64,000 nucleotides of DNA, from NCBI RefSeq assembly GCF_009914755.1, contig NC_060925.1. One strand, given 5' to 3'. The notes beneath the pieces were generated by a model. The model had not been told where the DNA came from and searched no databases. It was given only the letters and a program-made list of their open reading frames with translations. The stretch is from the human T2T-CHM13v2.0 reference genome, Homo sapiens. Of this stretch, positions 1 through 19,140 are shown in pieces; the stretch's first letter is position 1; each line of letters opens with the position of its first letter. The position numbers and the translations under genes were made by a program.

Positions 1-270
1 CTCTGTTCTCTCCAAAAACTCACTAAAATGAGCCAGATAATAAGAGAGGAGATGACAATAAGATTAGGAAGGTGGAAAGCGGACTGGAAACGTAGCGACT
101 GACTCAACAGACCCAACAAAGCTGTATACCCTAAAGCTGGAGTGGGGAGTGATGAGAACCACGCTCTCATAATTTGCAAAAGGCCTAATAATCGGCAGAG
201 TTGGTGCCTCTGGAGGTGAGTGTGAGGGGGATCTAATAAAAGAAGGTTTAACTGAAGTCTTTTAAGAAAC
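1..270 (+). mobile_element. HAL1 (half-L1) 5' portion
   Basis: Recalled HAL1 5' motifs: cactaaaatg, ggaaggtggaaagc, gactgactcaacagaccc, ggtgcctctggagg. Confidence 0.55.
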
Positions 271-470
271 AGGATTTTCACATCTAGTAATGTGACTCTT
301 TTACTGAAATAACTAAAAATGCAGGAATCCAGAGAGATAAGAAGAGTAATAAAAACAAGTGTCTATGAAAAGACACCTATAAGAATGTTCATAATAGTTT
401 ATTCATAATAACCCCAAACTAGAAGCAACCCAAATATCCACCAAAAAGAGAAGAGATACAAATTGTGGTA

Positions 471-1980
471 CAGTCATATGCCACATAATGACATTTTGGT
501 CAATGGCAGACTGCATATATGACAGTGTTCCCATGGGAGCTGAAAAATTCCTATCACCTAGTGACCTTGTAGCCAATGTAAAGTCATAGCACAATGCATT
601 ACTCATGTGTTTGTGAGGAAGCTGGTGTAAACAAACCTACTACACTGCCAGGCATATAAAATAATATAGCATATAGGATTACGTAGAGTACATAATACTT
701 GGTAACATAATAAATGACTATGTTACTGATTTGTGTATTTAGTATACTTCTTATCATTATTGTAGAGTGTACTCCTACTTATTAAAAAAGTTAAGTGTAA
801 AACAGCCTCAGGCAGGTCCTTCAGGAGGTATTCCAGGAGAAAGCATTGTTATCACGGGATGACAGCTCCATGCATGTTATTGTCCCTGAAGACCTTCCAG
901 TGGGACAAGATATGGAGATAGGAAACAGTGACATTGATGATCCTGATCTTGTGTAGGCCTAGGCTAATGTGTGTGTATGTCTTGGGTTTTAATAAAAAAG
1001 TTTAAAAAGTAAAAAAATAAAATAAATCTAGAAGTTTTTTAAATAAAAAAAGCTTACAGAATAAAGATAAAAATAAAATATTTTTGTACAGCTATAAAGT
1101 ATGTTTGTATTTTAAGCCAAGTGTTATTAAAAGAGTCAAAAAGTTAAAAAGTTTATAATGTAAAAAAGTTACAGTACGCTAAGGTTAATTTATTATTGAA
1201 GAAAATTAAAAAAAAATTTAGTGTAGCCAAAGTGTACAGTGTTTATAAAGTCCACAGTAGTGTACAGTAATATCCTAGGCCTTCACATTCACTCACCACT
1301 CATTCACCACTCACTCAGAGCAACTTCCAGTATTGCAAGCTCCATTCACGGTAAGTACCCTGTATAGGTGTACCATTTAAAAAATCTTTTAAACCATAAT
1401 TTTACTGTATCCTTTTTATCTTTATACATGTTTAGATACACAAATACTTAACCATTGTGCTGCAACTGCCTATAGCACAGTAACATGCTATACAGGTTTG
1501 TAGCCTAGGAGCAATGGGCTATACCATCTAGGTTTGAGTAAGTACGCTATGACAGGGGTCCCCAACCCCCAGGCTGAAGACCAATACGGGGGTCTACAGC
1601 CTGTTAGGAAAGGGGCTGCACAGCAGGAGTTGAGCAGCAGGCGAGTGAGCATTACTACTTGAGCTCCGCCTCCTGTCAGATCAACAGTGGCATTAAATCC
1701 TCACAGGAGCATGAATCCTATTGTAAACTGCGCATGCAAGGGATCTAGGTTGTGTGCTCCTTATGAGAATCTAATTAATGGCTGATGATCTGAGATGGAA
1801 CAGTTTCATCCTGAAACCATCCCCCATGCCACTGGTCCATGGAACACCTGTCTTCCATAAAACCAGTCCTTGGTGCCAAAAAGGTTGAAGATCGATGTAC
1901 TATGGTATTCACAAAATGAGGATACTGGCTAATGATGCATTTCTCTGATCATATCCCCGTGATTAAGTAATACGTGAGTG
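471..1980 (+). mobile_element. Tigger3b-like (TcMar-Tigger) non-autonomous DNA transposon
   Basis: Starts TA|cagtcatatgccacataatgac and ends attaagtaatacgtgagtg|TA (TIR remnants, TA duplication). About 1.2 kb without MER1B. Confidence 0.85.
1553..1897 (+). mobile_element. MER1B (hAT-Charlie) nested in Tigger3
   Basis: caggggtccccaacccc ... ggtgccaaaaaggttgaagatcgatg, ~345 bp, degenerate 8-bp TSD cgctatga/tactatgg. Confidence 0.88.
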
Positions 1981-2279
1981 TATATTCATTTAATGGAGTA
2001 TCACTTGGCAGTAAAAAAGAAGGAACTCCTGATAGGCACAAGAACATGGGTGCTTTTTAAAACACTGAGTGAAATAAACCAGATACAAAAGAGTACATAT
2101 AGTATGATTCATTTATAGTAAGTTCAAGAATAGGGAAATCTAATCTATGGTGATAAAAATCAGCATAAAGGTGGAAGTGGAGACCAACTGTAAGGAGGCA
2201 TAAGGGAACTTCGGGGGTGGCAGAAATGTCTTCCATCTTCCTTGGAGTTGTAGTCACATGGGTGCTTAAAACTCATTAA

Positions 2280-2588
<309 letters not shown>

Positions 2589-3200
2589 AAATTGTATGCT
2601 TAAGATCTGTACATTTCACTAAAGGTAGAAACTTTACCTCAGTTAAAATACACAAAAAGGAAATAATATAACTAGTCTGGTGATGATTTAAAAAAATCTA
2701 CATGGATTAAATGATGAAATATAAAAGGCAGAACTATAAAGCCTTTAGACTATGCAGAAACAACACTGTACCAGTTTCTGGGCCTAAGGATTAAGAAACT
2801 GACAACTTCCACTTCCTGTTTCTTGGGACATTTGCTTTGAGACCCCAACTACCATGTGTGAGGAAGCAAAGCCACCCTGCAGGGAGGTCCATTTAAACCA
2901 ACAGCCAGAACGAGCTGGTTGGCCATGTGGTGAAAGTGGATCCTTCAGTCCTAGTCAAGCCACCCCAGCTGACGCTGCATGCAACAGAGACAAGCTGTCT
3001 CCACCCAGGCCTGCCCACATTGTTGTTTTAAACCATGAAATTTTGTGGTGGTTGTTACATGGCAAAAGATTATTGGGACAGATTCTGATACCAGAAATAG
3101 GGTGCTGCAGTAACAAAAGGCTGACACACATGGCATTGGCTCTGGACCTGGGGAGCAGAAAGAAGCATAAAGGACCACACAGAGTGTCAGTGAAAACTGA

Positions 3201-3549
<349 letters not shown>

Positions 3550-4129
3550 TAAAGGTTCTTAATGAGGCTGTCAGTGAAGGTTTAAGGGAAAGTGAAGAAA
3601 ATCTTATTGGAAGATCGATGAAAGGGGAAGTGTTGAAAGTTTGACAGGACTGTTGCCTATAGTAACATGGAAATAAGAAATATTCCTGATGAACTCAAGG
3701 AAATAGCTAAGGAGATTTCCAGACAAAGTAATGAAAGTATCACCTGGCTTCTCCCTGCTTATGATAAAATGCAAGACAAGAGATGAGCTTAAAAACATGT
3801 ACACACACCCCTCCACATACCCCCAGGACTTGCAGAATTTACAAATAAAATTTCTTATTTCCAGTCTCTCCATAAGGCAAAAAACTATAAATTATGAAAG
3901 GATTTCGACTCTAGAAAAGGACAGTAAAATTCTTTAAGATGTAAGAAAGATGTAACTCTATGCTGTGCAGACTCTCAGGCCTAAAAGGTTCTCTAAGAAT
4001 CTTAAGGGCAAGCCTCACAGATTCTTTGCCTTAAACAACAGGATTTTTAAGAATCTTAAGAGTACTGTCCTACAGCAGCTGAATAGGAAGCCCAAAGTAG
4101 AGAAGGGCTTATCATTAAAAGACTTGTAG

Positions 4130-4488
<359 letters not shown>

Positions 4489-4536
4489 GAAAAACCTCTC
4501 ACGTTTCTAAGAGAATCATTCTGGCAGAAGCATTGA

Positions 4537-5104
<568 letters not shown>

Positions 5105-6648
5105 CTATAAATGTTACCTCGTGTCTGTTGCACCACTGTGTGTTAGGTAGGTAGTGAGCAGACAACTTATTTCTTTAGTTCACAGGTCGTCGGGACAAGA
5201 AGAACCACATTGAAGGAGGTATCCTTGACAAACCACACCTAAGAGGCCTCGTGTACTGGGACCTGATTTAGATGATGAGATCCTAGACCTTGAGCCTACT
5301 GGTGTAAAAGGATGAGACTTCTGATGGGGCATCTTGTGAGGGCAAGAATAAATTTTGCAAGTGGAAAAAATGTTAATAATCCATGTCCAGAGAATAGAGA
5401 GGTAGTTTTAAAATATGGCCCATATTATTTGACCCTCTTCCTATTGAGAGGTGGGGTCTACTCCTCTCCTCTTGAATCTAGGCTCTGTGACTGATTGATC
5501 AATAGAATATGGTGGCAATGATGCTATGCTAAGTTTGAGGCTCAGGCCTTAAGAAAATGGTAGCTTTCACTTCCTATCTCTTGAGAAACTTGCTCTAGGA
5601 ACGCAGCCACCATGGTATGGCAAAGCCCAAGTTATCCTTTGGCGAGAACCAACAGGCAACATGAGTTCTGCTAGTTATGTGAATGGAATTATCATAAGCC
5701 CCAATTGAGGTACCCCAACTGATGCCATGTGGCGCAGAGATGAGCTGTATTCATTTTAATATAGAATATATTGATCTTTTCCTTTATAGTTTATGCTTAT
5801 TGTCTTATTTTAAAAATCCTTCCCAATCTTGAGGTCATAAGGATATTTGTGTATACTGTCATTTTTTTTTTTTACTAGATCCATTAAATTAGAATTGGAG
5901 GTTATTAAAAAAATTCAGAGAAAGGTCTGGCACATAAGGAGTTTGGAAGTTGCCACTCCATCCTAACAACCAGTAAAAAGCTGAATAAGCTGAAAAGTCA
6001 ACAATCCTTACATCTGTCAGAGAAGTAAGGTCTCAGGGCAAACTATTAGCCCTCAAATTTGAAGAGACAGACAGGTGAATAAGCCGAAGTCTCTGGAACT
6101 AGTGCTAGGGCAGGAAAACCTAAACTGTACTTGATGACTTGTCAGAGGCTCAGTGTGAAGAAGTTTGAGATTAAAACTCCAGGGAGTCCCAGTCACTGGG
6201 GAGGAGGGGGAAACTTTTGTGAGTTTTGCCTCCAGGAGCTCAACCGGATTCTCACAGTAAATATAAGAGAAAAATACCCTCATGCTTTTGGCAGGGAGAG
6301 GGGAAAAGGAACCATTTTGAAATATACTAGAGCCCTCTGTTCTCAACAAGGTCTTCCCTCAGGAGAAACTATTTTACCACAGCCTAAACTATTAGGGATT
6401 TTTCAGAGCCTAACTGATCTGGAAGAGGAGAAATAACCAACTCCAGCCAATGCTAGCCTTCCATTCGGGAGAAGAGAAATACCGCACTCCAGGCCATTCT
6501 ATCCAACCCAAAGAGGTGGGGGCGGGGACCAGAAGCACTTGTTAAGTTCACAGCCCAGGGGCAAAGGCTCATTGAAAGACTGAGATTTAGTCATAGGACT
6601 GTAGAATGCTTCCCATCGCTCCACATCACTAAAGACCTATTTACCATG

Positions 6649-6992
<344 letters not shown>

Positions 6993-7250
6993 TTATCACA
7001 CAAAAAAGGTATACTCAAGGACAAAAAACACAGTTTGAAGAAAAAGCGGCACACTCAGATATGGCAGGGATGCTGGAATTATCAGACTGGGAATTTAAAA
7101 CAACTATGATTAACATGCTGGGGGCTCTAATGAATAAACTAGACAGCGTGCAAGAACAGATGGGCAGTGTAAGCAGAGAGATGGAAATTCCAAGAAAAAA
7201 TAAAAAAGAAACACCAGAGATCAAAAATAGTGTAACAGAAATAAAGAATG

Positions 7251-7556
7251 GGCTGGGTACAGTGGCTCACACCTAGCACTTTGTGGGGGGTCAAGGCCAG
7301 TGGATTGAGTGAGCTCAAGAGTTCAATATCAGCCTGGGCAACATGGCAAAACCTTGTCTCTACTAAAATTACAAAAAATTAGCCAGGTGTGGTGGCGTGC
7401 GCCTGTAGTCCCAGCTACACAGGAGGCTGAGGTGGGAGGATCACCTGAGTGTGGGAAGCTGAGGCTGCAGTGAGCTGTGACTGCACACTGCACTCCAGCC
7501 TGAGAGACAGAGGGAGATTGTCTCAAAAAAAAAAAAAAAAAGAAAAAGAAAAAAAA
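7251..7556 (+). mobile_element. AluJ
   Basis: Dimer with A tail, TSD-like gaaataaagaatg/gaaatgaatg. Confidence 0.9.
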
Positions 7557-7762
7557 TGAAATGAATGCCTTTCATTGGCCCATTATTAGGTTAGACATGC
7601 TAAGGCAAGAATTGCTGCATTTGAGCATGATAACTGAATGAGTGACTGAAGAAATGGTCTCAATCAATCAAGGTTTATTAAGCTAGCTTTGGAGTATGTC
7701 TGGGGAAAATATGAGCCACAGACACATCTGTGACTGTTCCAAAGAGGCTTTCAGGATTTTAG

Positions 7763-8091
<329 letters not shown>

Positions 8092-8577
8092 TTATTTATA
8101 CATTTTCTTAAAGGAGGGCAGGTAGGCGGTAAGGGGAATGGTTACATTCTTGTGAGACTTTAGTAAGTGCTTGGCAAATCTACATTTTACATAAGATAAT
8201 GTGAATGTTTGAAGAGCAAAAATGGGGTAAAGTAAAAATCAATTATGCAGACATCTCTGGGTTGGTGGAGGAATGACCAGTCCCCTTTGTCTTTGTTCTG
8301 CACCTGAGAAGATATGATATTGACATTATCAGTGTGGAGTTTAAGAGCTAGACTTAGATTATAGACCTGAAGTTGCAGCTGGTGTGTCCTTGCTTGTGGG
8401 AGACCATCAAAGAGTTTACTTGTGAATGATCTGTGCAGGCAGTCCTTCATGGATGCCTGAGGCTTTTTACCTTTCCTTTGGGGATCTGGCTAATGCGTAA
8501 TGCTAGTAACAGCTATTCACCTGGAAGATGGTGTTACATGGCTTAACCCCCAGGTTTACCCTTCCCTGTTGCATAAG

Positions 8578-9320
8578 TGATACAGACAGGAGACAGGGAA
8601 ATACTGGGTAGAAGAGGGCAATTCCCTGGCAAAGGCCCCACCCCCAAGCCTGGAAACCCACAGCACTAAATGGGAACAGGCATTCCTGTTTTCGTGCCCA
8701 AATGTTGCCTTTTGGCCTGCCATGCCCCCTTATCCTGTACCCATATAAACCCCAAACCCCAGGATCGATGAGCAGAAGAGTGGCAGAATGGCACAGCAGA
8801 GAAGGAGGGAAGAGAAGGAGCATCTGAACACTGAGAGGAGTTTGGCTGGGGATGGTCAGAGAGGAGATCAGCTGCTGGTCAGCCAAACTCCAGGAAGATC
8901 ATCTTCCCACTCCATCCCCTTTCCAGCTCCCCATCCATCCCACTGAGAGCCACCTCCACCACTCAATAAAACCCTCCACATTCACCATTCTTCAAGTCTG
9001 TGTGTGACCTGATTCTTCCTGGATGCCAGACAAGAACCTGGGTACCAAGAGGGCACTGAGCTGGTTTACACTTAAGCCATCTGTAGATGGCAGAGCTAAA
9101 AGAGCACTGTAGCATGCCCACTGGGGCTTCAGGAGTTACAGACACCCACCCTTAGATGCTACTGTGGGGCCGGTGCCCCAAAAGTGCTTATCCTAGCTCC
9201 TGCACTTGCCCATCTACGTGTTCCCCCTCCTGTAAGGGGTTTGAGTGCACGGCGCTGAAAAGACAAGCCACACCCCTATTGCATGTCCTTCGAGGGAGGT
9301 CAAGGAACTCTCCCATTTCA
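8578..9320 (+). mobile_element. MER50 solo LTR (ERV1), complete
   Basis: TG...CA ends, 743 bp, 4-bp TSD taag, start tgatacagacaggagacagggaaatactgggtagaagaggg, TATAAA at 8744, AATAAA at 8965. Confidence 0.85.
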
Positions 9321-9972
9321 TAAGGAATTTGGCGGGTCCAGAGAATTTCTAATTTTCCTTTACAAATATATCTCAAGGGAAAGAAACTCCCAAAATTAAA
9401 AGCAAAGAAAAAAAAGACTGAAAAAAAAAACCATAACAGAATATTCAAGAACTGTGGGATAACTATAACAGATGTAATCTATATATAATGGTGATACTAG
9501 AAGGAAAAGAAAAAGAGAAAGGAATTGAAGCAATAATGACTGAGAATTTTCCCCAAATTAATGTTACATACCAAATCCCAGATTCAGGAAGCTCAGAGAA
9601 TACCAGGAAGGAAAAATGCCAAAAACCCCGACATCTACACCTAGGCATATCATTTTCAAACTACAAAAAATCAAAGATAAAGAAAAAACACTGAAACAGA
9701 ACAGAGGAAAAAATTGTCTTACCTATAGAGGGGCAAAGACAAGAATTATATCTAATGTCTCGTAAGAAACCATGCAAGCAAGAAGAGAGTGAAATATTTA
9801 AAGTGTTGAGAGAAAAAAACCCACCGACCTAAAGTTCTGTACCCTGCAAAACTGTTCTTGAAATGTGAGGGAGAAAAAAAAAAAAAGAAAAATTGAGGGA
9901 GTGTGTTGCCAGAACACCTGCCTTGCAAGAAACATTAAAAGAGGTTCTTTAGAAAGATGGAAAATGATATAG

Positions 9973-10397
<425 letters not shown>

Positions 10398-10421
10398 TAT
10401 TTTCCTTAATCTTAATTCATC

Positions 10422-10695
10422 TGAAACCACCTTTGCAAAAATTGTAATAGTGAGAAAATATGACAGTGAAAGAGATCTGATCTAATCAACTCCTATCTTA
10501 TCTTTAACCTCCAAACTGCCCTTAATCATTCCTGGGCTTGGGACAAGCTAACTTTGGGAGACATTTAGTTTATAGTTTAAACGATAATAGCCCTTCCCCA
10601 AAACTAAACTGTCTTTGTAAAGCTAATGAAAGATCACCAGGTTAGGAGGATGAGAGGAGCTTGAATTCTGCTAAGGTGTAAATGTAAATGATTAT
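10422..10695 (+). mobile_element. LTR8-family ERV1 LTR, 5' part only
   Basis: tgaaaccacctttgcaaaaatt..gacagtgaaagagatc..ctaactttgggag..ttagtttatagttta, truncated against L1 ORF2. Confidence 0.8.
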
Positions 10696-11284
10696 TTTTA
10701 AAAATTTTTAAAAAACCAAGACCCAAGTTTATGTTGTCTACCAGAAACCTACTTTAAATATAAAGACATATATAGATTAAAAGTAAATGAGTAAAGAAAG
10801 ATATACCATGCTAACACTAATCAAAAGAAAGCTGGAGTAGCTATATTAACTTCAGACAGAGTAGAGTTCAGAGCAAGGAAAATTATCAGGGAAAGACAGG
10901 GGCATTACATAATAAGAGGCCAATTCTCCAAGAAGACATATCATTCCTTAATGTGTGTATACCTAACAACAGAGTGTCAGATATATGAGGCAAAAACAGG
11001 CAGACCTGCAAGGAGAAACAGATAAATCCACTATTATAGTTGGAGACTTCAACACCCCCCATCAGAAATGGACACATCAAACAGATATAAAATCAGTAAG
11101 GACATAATTGAACTCAATAGCCCCTCAATCAACTGAAATATAGTTGGCATCTATTGACGACTTCATCCAACAACAGCAGGATACATACTCTTTTGAAGCT
11201 CATGTAGAACATTCAGCAAGGTAGATCACATTCTGGACCATAAAACACATCTGAATATATTTTTTTAATTTTTAAAATTTCTCA

Positions 11285-11576
11285 TTTTTTTTTGAGACAG
11301 GGTCTCACTCTTTCACACAGGTTGGAGTACAGTGTTGTGATCTTGGCTCACTGCAACTTCTGTCTCCCAGGTTCAAGTGATCCTCACACTTTAGCCTCTT
11401 GAGTAGCTAGGACCACAGGTGCATGCCACCACACCCGGCTAATTGTTTGAATTTTTGGTAGAGACAGGGTTTCACCATGTTGCCCAAGCTGGTCTCAAAC
11501 TCCTGAGCTCAAGTGATCCACTGGCCTCAGACTCCCAAAGTGCTGGGATTACAGGCGTGAGCCACCGCACCCAGCC
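11285..11576 (-). mobile_element. AluJ
   Basis: Full dimer. Confidence 0.92.
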
Positions 11577-11716
11577 TGAACAAATTTTAAAAGAATAATC
11601 ACACAATGTCTTCTTTCAGAACACAACAGAATGATACATGAAAAAAATCACCAGAGATTCAACAATGCACTTCTAAATAACACATAGGTCAAAGAAGAAA
11701 TAACAAGAGAAATTTA

Positions 11717-12376
<660 letters not shown>

Positions 12377-12603
12377 TTATCACAATTTGTGGGATAGAGC
12401 AGAAGCAGTGTTTAAAGGGTGACTTATAGCACTGAATGCAGATATTAGAAAAGAAGATCTAAAAGCAGCAATCTGAGCTTCCATCTTAGGAAACTAGAAA
12501 AAGAAGAGCAAATTAAATCCAAAGTAAGCAGAAAATAAAAAATCGTAAAGATTATAGAGCAGAAATCAATGAAATCAAAAACAGGAAATCAATAGAGGAA
12601 ACA

Positions 12604-12952
<349 letters not shown>

Positions 12953-14041
12953 TTATATTCTAGCCAGGCTAACTAAACAAACAAACAAACAAAAAAACAA
13001 AACAAACAACCAGAAGGATGACACAAATTACTAAATCAGAAATGATAAAGGGGACATCACTACAGATCCTATTGTCATTAAACAGATAAAGGAATACTAT
13101 GAACAACTCTATGTCCACAAATTTGATAACCTAGATGAAATGAACTCATTCCTTCAAAGACAGTCTGCCAAAACTCAAACAAGAATAGACAATCTGAATA
13201 GGTTTATATCTATTAAAAAATTGAATTAATTAAACCCAAACCTTCAAAAAAGGAAAGTACCAGGCTTAGATAGGTTCATTCGTGAATTCTACCAACATTT
13301 AAGGAAGAAATTATACCAATTCTTCAAAATCTATTTTAGAAGTTATTAATAGAAGCAGAAGGAATATTTTCTAACTTATTTTATCAAGCCAGCATTGTCC
13401 TCAACAAAGTATTATCAAATCAAATTGAACAATATAAAAAAGAATTATACACTATGACCAAGTCAGATTTATCCAAAGTATGCAAGGCTGACTCAACATT
13501 CAAAAATCAATTAATATAATCTATCATATCAACAGGCTAAGTAAGAAAAATCAGATAATCATATCGATAGATGCAGAAAAAGGATGTGACAATATCCAAC
13601 ACTCATTCATAATAAAAACTATTGGAAACTAGAAATAGAGGGAAATTTTCTCAACTTAATAAATAACATCTACAAAAAACCTAGAGCTAACATCATACTT
13701 AATGGTGAGAAACTAGAGGCTTTCCAACCAAAATCAGGAACAAGACAAGGATGCCCTCTCTTACCACTCCTCTTCAACATCATACTGGAAGTCCTAGCTA
13801 ATGCAGTAAGACAAAAAGTAAGATAAAAAGAATGCAGTTTGGGAAGGACGAAATAAAACTTTGTCCTCAGGTGACATGATCGTCTATGCAGAGAATATGA
13901 AATAATTAACAACCAAAAACATCCTGGAATTAATAAGTGATTACAAGAATGCAGGATACAAAGCTAATATACAAAAAGTCAATCACTTTCCTATATAGCA
14001 GCAATGAACAAGTGAAATTTAAAATTAAAAAACACCATACA

Positions 14042-14342
14042 GGCCAGGCACAATGGCTCCCTGTAATCCCAATGCTTTGTGAGGCTGAAGCAGGAGGATT
14101 GTTTGAGGCCAGGAATTCAAGACCAGCCTGGGCAACATGGCGAGAAACCATCTCTATAAAAAAAATAAAAATAAAAAAATTAGCCAGGCATGGTGGCATG
14201 TCTGTAGTTCTAGCTACCCAGTTGAGGCAGGAAGATCGCTTCTGCCCAGGAGTTTGAGGCTGCGGAGAGCTGTGATCACACCACTGCACTCCAGCCTGGG
14301 CAACACAGCAAGACCCTATTTCAAAAAATAAAACAAACCAAA
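14042..14342 (+). mobile_element. AluJ
   Basis: Full dimer inside L1 ORF2. Confidence 0.9.
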
Positions 14343-14607
14343 CCCTCACAATACCATTTATGTTAGCACCAGAAAATGAAATACCTGGGTATAAGTTAAA
14401 CAAAATATATATAACATTTATATGAGGAAAACTAGAAAAGTTTTTTGAAAGAAACGTAAAAAGAACTAAGTAAACAGATATTTTGTGTTCATGGATAAGA
14501 AGACTTAATTTTGTCAGGATGTCAGTTCTTTCCAAGTCAATGTAGAGATTGACTGCAATCCTAATCAAAATCCCAGAATTTATTTTGTAGACAGCAACAA
14601 ATTGAAC

Positions 14608-14895
14608 CAGCTGGGGGTGGTGGCTCACACCTGTAATCCCAGCACTTTGGGAGATCAAGGTGGGAAGACTGCATGAGCCCAGGAGTTTGAGACCTGGGCA
14701 ACATAGTGAGACCCCGTCTCTACAAAATTAGCTAGGTATAGTGGCATGTGCCTGTAGTCCCAGCTACTCTGGAGGCTGAGGTGGGAGGATAGCTTAAGCC
14801 CAGGAAGATTGAGGCTGCAGTGAGCTGTAACTGTGCCACTGCACTTCAGCCTGGGCAACAGAGTGCACTTCTGTTTCCACAACAATAGCAAACCA
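14608..14895 (+). mobile_element. AluJ
   Basis: Full dimer inside L1 ORF2. Confidence 0.9.
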
Positions 14896-15328
14896 AACTG
14901 AATCTAAACTTTATATGAAGAGGCAAAAGACCCAGAACGAAGCCAGGAGGGCTGATACTACCTGACTTCAAGACTTATTGTAAAGCTACCATAATTAAGA
15001 CAGTGTGGTATTGCCTAAAGTATAGACAGATCAATGGAACAGAATAGAGAGCCCAGAAATAAACCCACATAAATATAATCAGCTTATCTTTGACAAAGGA
15101 GTAAAGGCAATACAATAAAAAATAGAGAGTCTTTTCAACAAATGGTTCTCAAACAACTGAACATTCACATGTAAAAAAGTGAACCTAGACACAGAACCTA
15201 CACTCTTGAAAAAAAGTAACCCCAAAAGGATAATAGACCTAAATGTAAAATGCAAACTATAAAACTCCTAGACGATCACATAGGAGAAAATCTAGATGAC
15301 CTTGGGTTTGGCAATGACATTTTAGATA

Positions 15329-16357
<1,029 letters not shown>

Positions 16358-16570
16358 TAATCTAGCAGTTGTCTTCCTTGGTATTTATCCAAAGGAGTTG
16401 AAACCGTATGTCCACATAAAAACCTGCACACAGATATTTACAGCAGCTTTATTCACAATTGCAAAAACTTTGAAGCAACCAACATTCCCATAAGTAGGTG
16501 AGTGGATAAATAAACTGTGAAACATCTGGACAATGAAATATTTTTCAGTGCTAAAAAAAAATGAGCTATC

Positions 16571-17049
<479 letters not shown>

Positions 17050-17400
17050 TTAGTGGGGAGGGAGGATGAATAGGCAGAGACCAGAGGGTTTTTAGGGCAG
17101 TGAAACTATTTTGTATTATACATGATGGTGGATATATGTCATTATACATTTGTCAAAACCCACAGAACGTAAAACACCAAGAGTAAACCCAAATGCAAAC
17201 TATGGACATGGGTGATAATAACGAGTCAATGTAAATTCATCAATTCTAAGAAATGTACCACTCTGGTGGAGGATGTTGATGAATGGGAGACAATGTATGT
17301 GTAGGGGCAGCAAGTATATAGGAAATCTCTGTATCTACCACTCAATTTTGCTGTGAATCTAAAACTGCTCTAAAAAATAAAAGTCTATTAAAAAATTTCA

Positions 17401-18950
17401 AAGAACAACAAAAAGAGCTCTTGATAAACAAGATGCAAATCTCCAACCACGGGGAAGTAGAGTATAAGCATTTCCTAAATGTATATAACTAAATTTCCTA
17501 AACGTGTGTAAAATCCTTTTATGGAGAGCATTTTGCAGGTCTGGTGTTTCTACCAAACAGACTTTGGAAAATGCCACTGGAGTACTAAATAATTATAATT
17601 TAAAAAGCAAGATGGCAAAAATGAAAAACTCAATACAAAGTTTGGAAGATATAGTTGAGGAAAACTTGATGAAAGTTGACCAAAAGGCAAAGAATAGGGG
17701 TAAGAACAGAGATACGACTATTACAGAACCAGGTCAAGAGATTCAAAAACTGAATAAACAGGTATGACGGGAGTGAATAGAGAAAAAGAAGTGAAAGAAA
17801 ATAATTGATTAAAGAATTTTTTTTTCTTTTGAGAGAGAGTCTCACACTATCACCTAGGCTGGAGTGCACTGGTACGATCTTGGCTCACTGCAAACTCCAC
17901 CTCCTCGGCTCAAGCAGTTCTCATGCCACAGCCTCCTGAGTAGCTGGGACTACAGGCATGTGCCACCATGCCTGGCTAATTTTTGTATTTTTGGTAGAGA
18001 AGGGGTTTTGCCATGTTGATCAGGCTGGTCTTGAATTCCTGGCCTCAAGTAATCCGTCCGTCTTGGCCTCCTAAAGTGCTGGGATTACAGGCGTGAGCCA
18101 CCATGCTCAGCTCATTTTTAAAAATTTTATAAAATAAAAGTGTCCAGTATGGTAGGTGAAAATATATCCAAAGTGAAATTTTAGGGTACTGGGAATTAAG
18201 AGAAATTTCCAAGAGAATGAAGAGATTTCATACAAAACTAAATATGTAAATCTAAGAATGATGTACAGAAAACAAAGACCTTGGAAAGAGCAAACAGAGA
18301 CCCTCACCAAAAAAGAGAGGTGAACAGAATCTCAAGAAACTAAGAAGGCTCCAGGAGAGATTTCTTCTAGAGTATGACATGGATAGAATATATAATGTAC
18401 TTGGACATAAAGAGAGATGTACACAGTAGGAAGAGAGTTTAAGGTTGAATTAATAATAAGTACACAGAAAAATAAACACAAAACAAGGAAATCAACAAGA
18501 TTTCCCCTGAAAATGAAATGTTGAGCAACAAAGGAAAAGTAATCACGGTATACTACATGGCTCAATTGAGAACAGCATTTAACTAGTTATAATAACAAAA
18601 CACTGAATTTTGATCTAATTAAAATTATAATATCATGGAGTTGGGGTAGGGAAATATGTGTGGGTGGATAAGGGGCAAGGAGATTAAGAAGAGTTAAATT
18701 CTCATCTTCTAGAGTGGGTAGTCATTAGAAAAATAACTAAAAAAGACAGCAATATAGACATGCTATTTAGATACAGAGGTAAATAAAAACGTCAGTTAAA
18801 TTGAAAGTGATTGCCCCTGGGGAATAGTAATTGACAGGGGGATACGAGGTATGTTTGTTTTGTTTTTGTAATAAGTTGTGTAGACCCTTCATTCCTTTAA
18901 ACTATGAATGTGTATAACTGACACAAATCAAAATACCTTTTAAAAAGTTC
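17401..18950 (+). mobile_element. HAL1 middle and 3' portion, interrupted by a short MER-like piece (~17430-17580) and an Alu
   Basis: ORF1-like coiled-coil remnant KMKNSIQSLEDIVEE (ORF 17504), gaaggctccaggagagat, 3' end tttaaactatgaatgtgtataact. Confidence 0.6.
17817..18112 (-). mobile_element. Alu (J/old S)
   Basis: Full dimer. Confidence 0.92.
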
Positions 18951-19029
18951 TCTACAGTTAAAAAAATGAAAAGTAGGTAAAAGATAAATGTGGCACATCA
19001 CATTCAGTCTGTGATAGCTTTTATTGTTA

Positions 19030-19140
19030 ACATTTGAAGGGACTATAAAGGTTATTTGGACTAATCCTATCATTGTATAGATTATAAACTGAGGCTCAGA
19101 CAGGGAAGTGATATCAAAGTCACACAAAGTGAATCAAGGC
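19030..19140 (-). mobile_element. MIR fragment
   Basis: Core aaactgaggctcagacagggaagtga..aaagtcacaca. Confidence 0.75.

Noticed and set aside
13930-14658. 242-aa ORF and the many LECSG/AGVQW/PPPPGFK-type ORFs throughout the window
   Set aside because: Translations of Alu and antisense L1 sequence.
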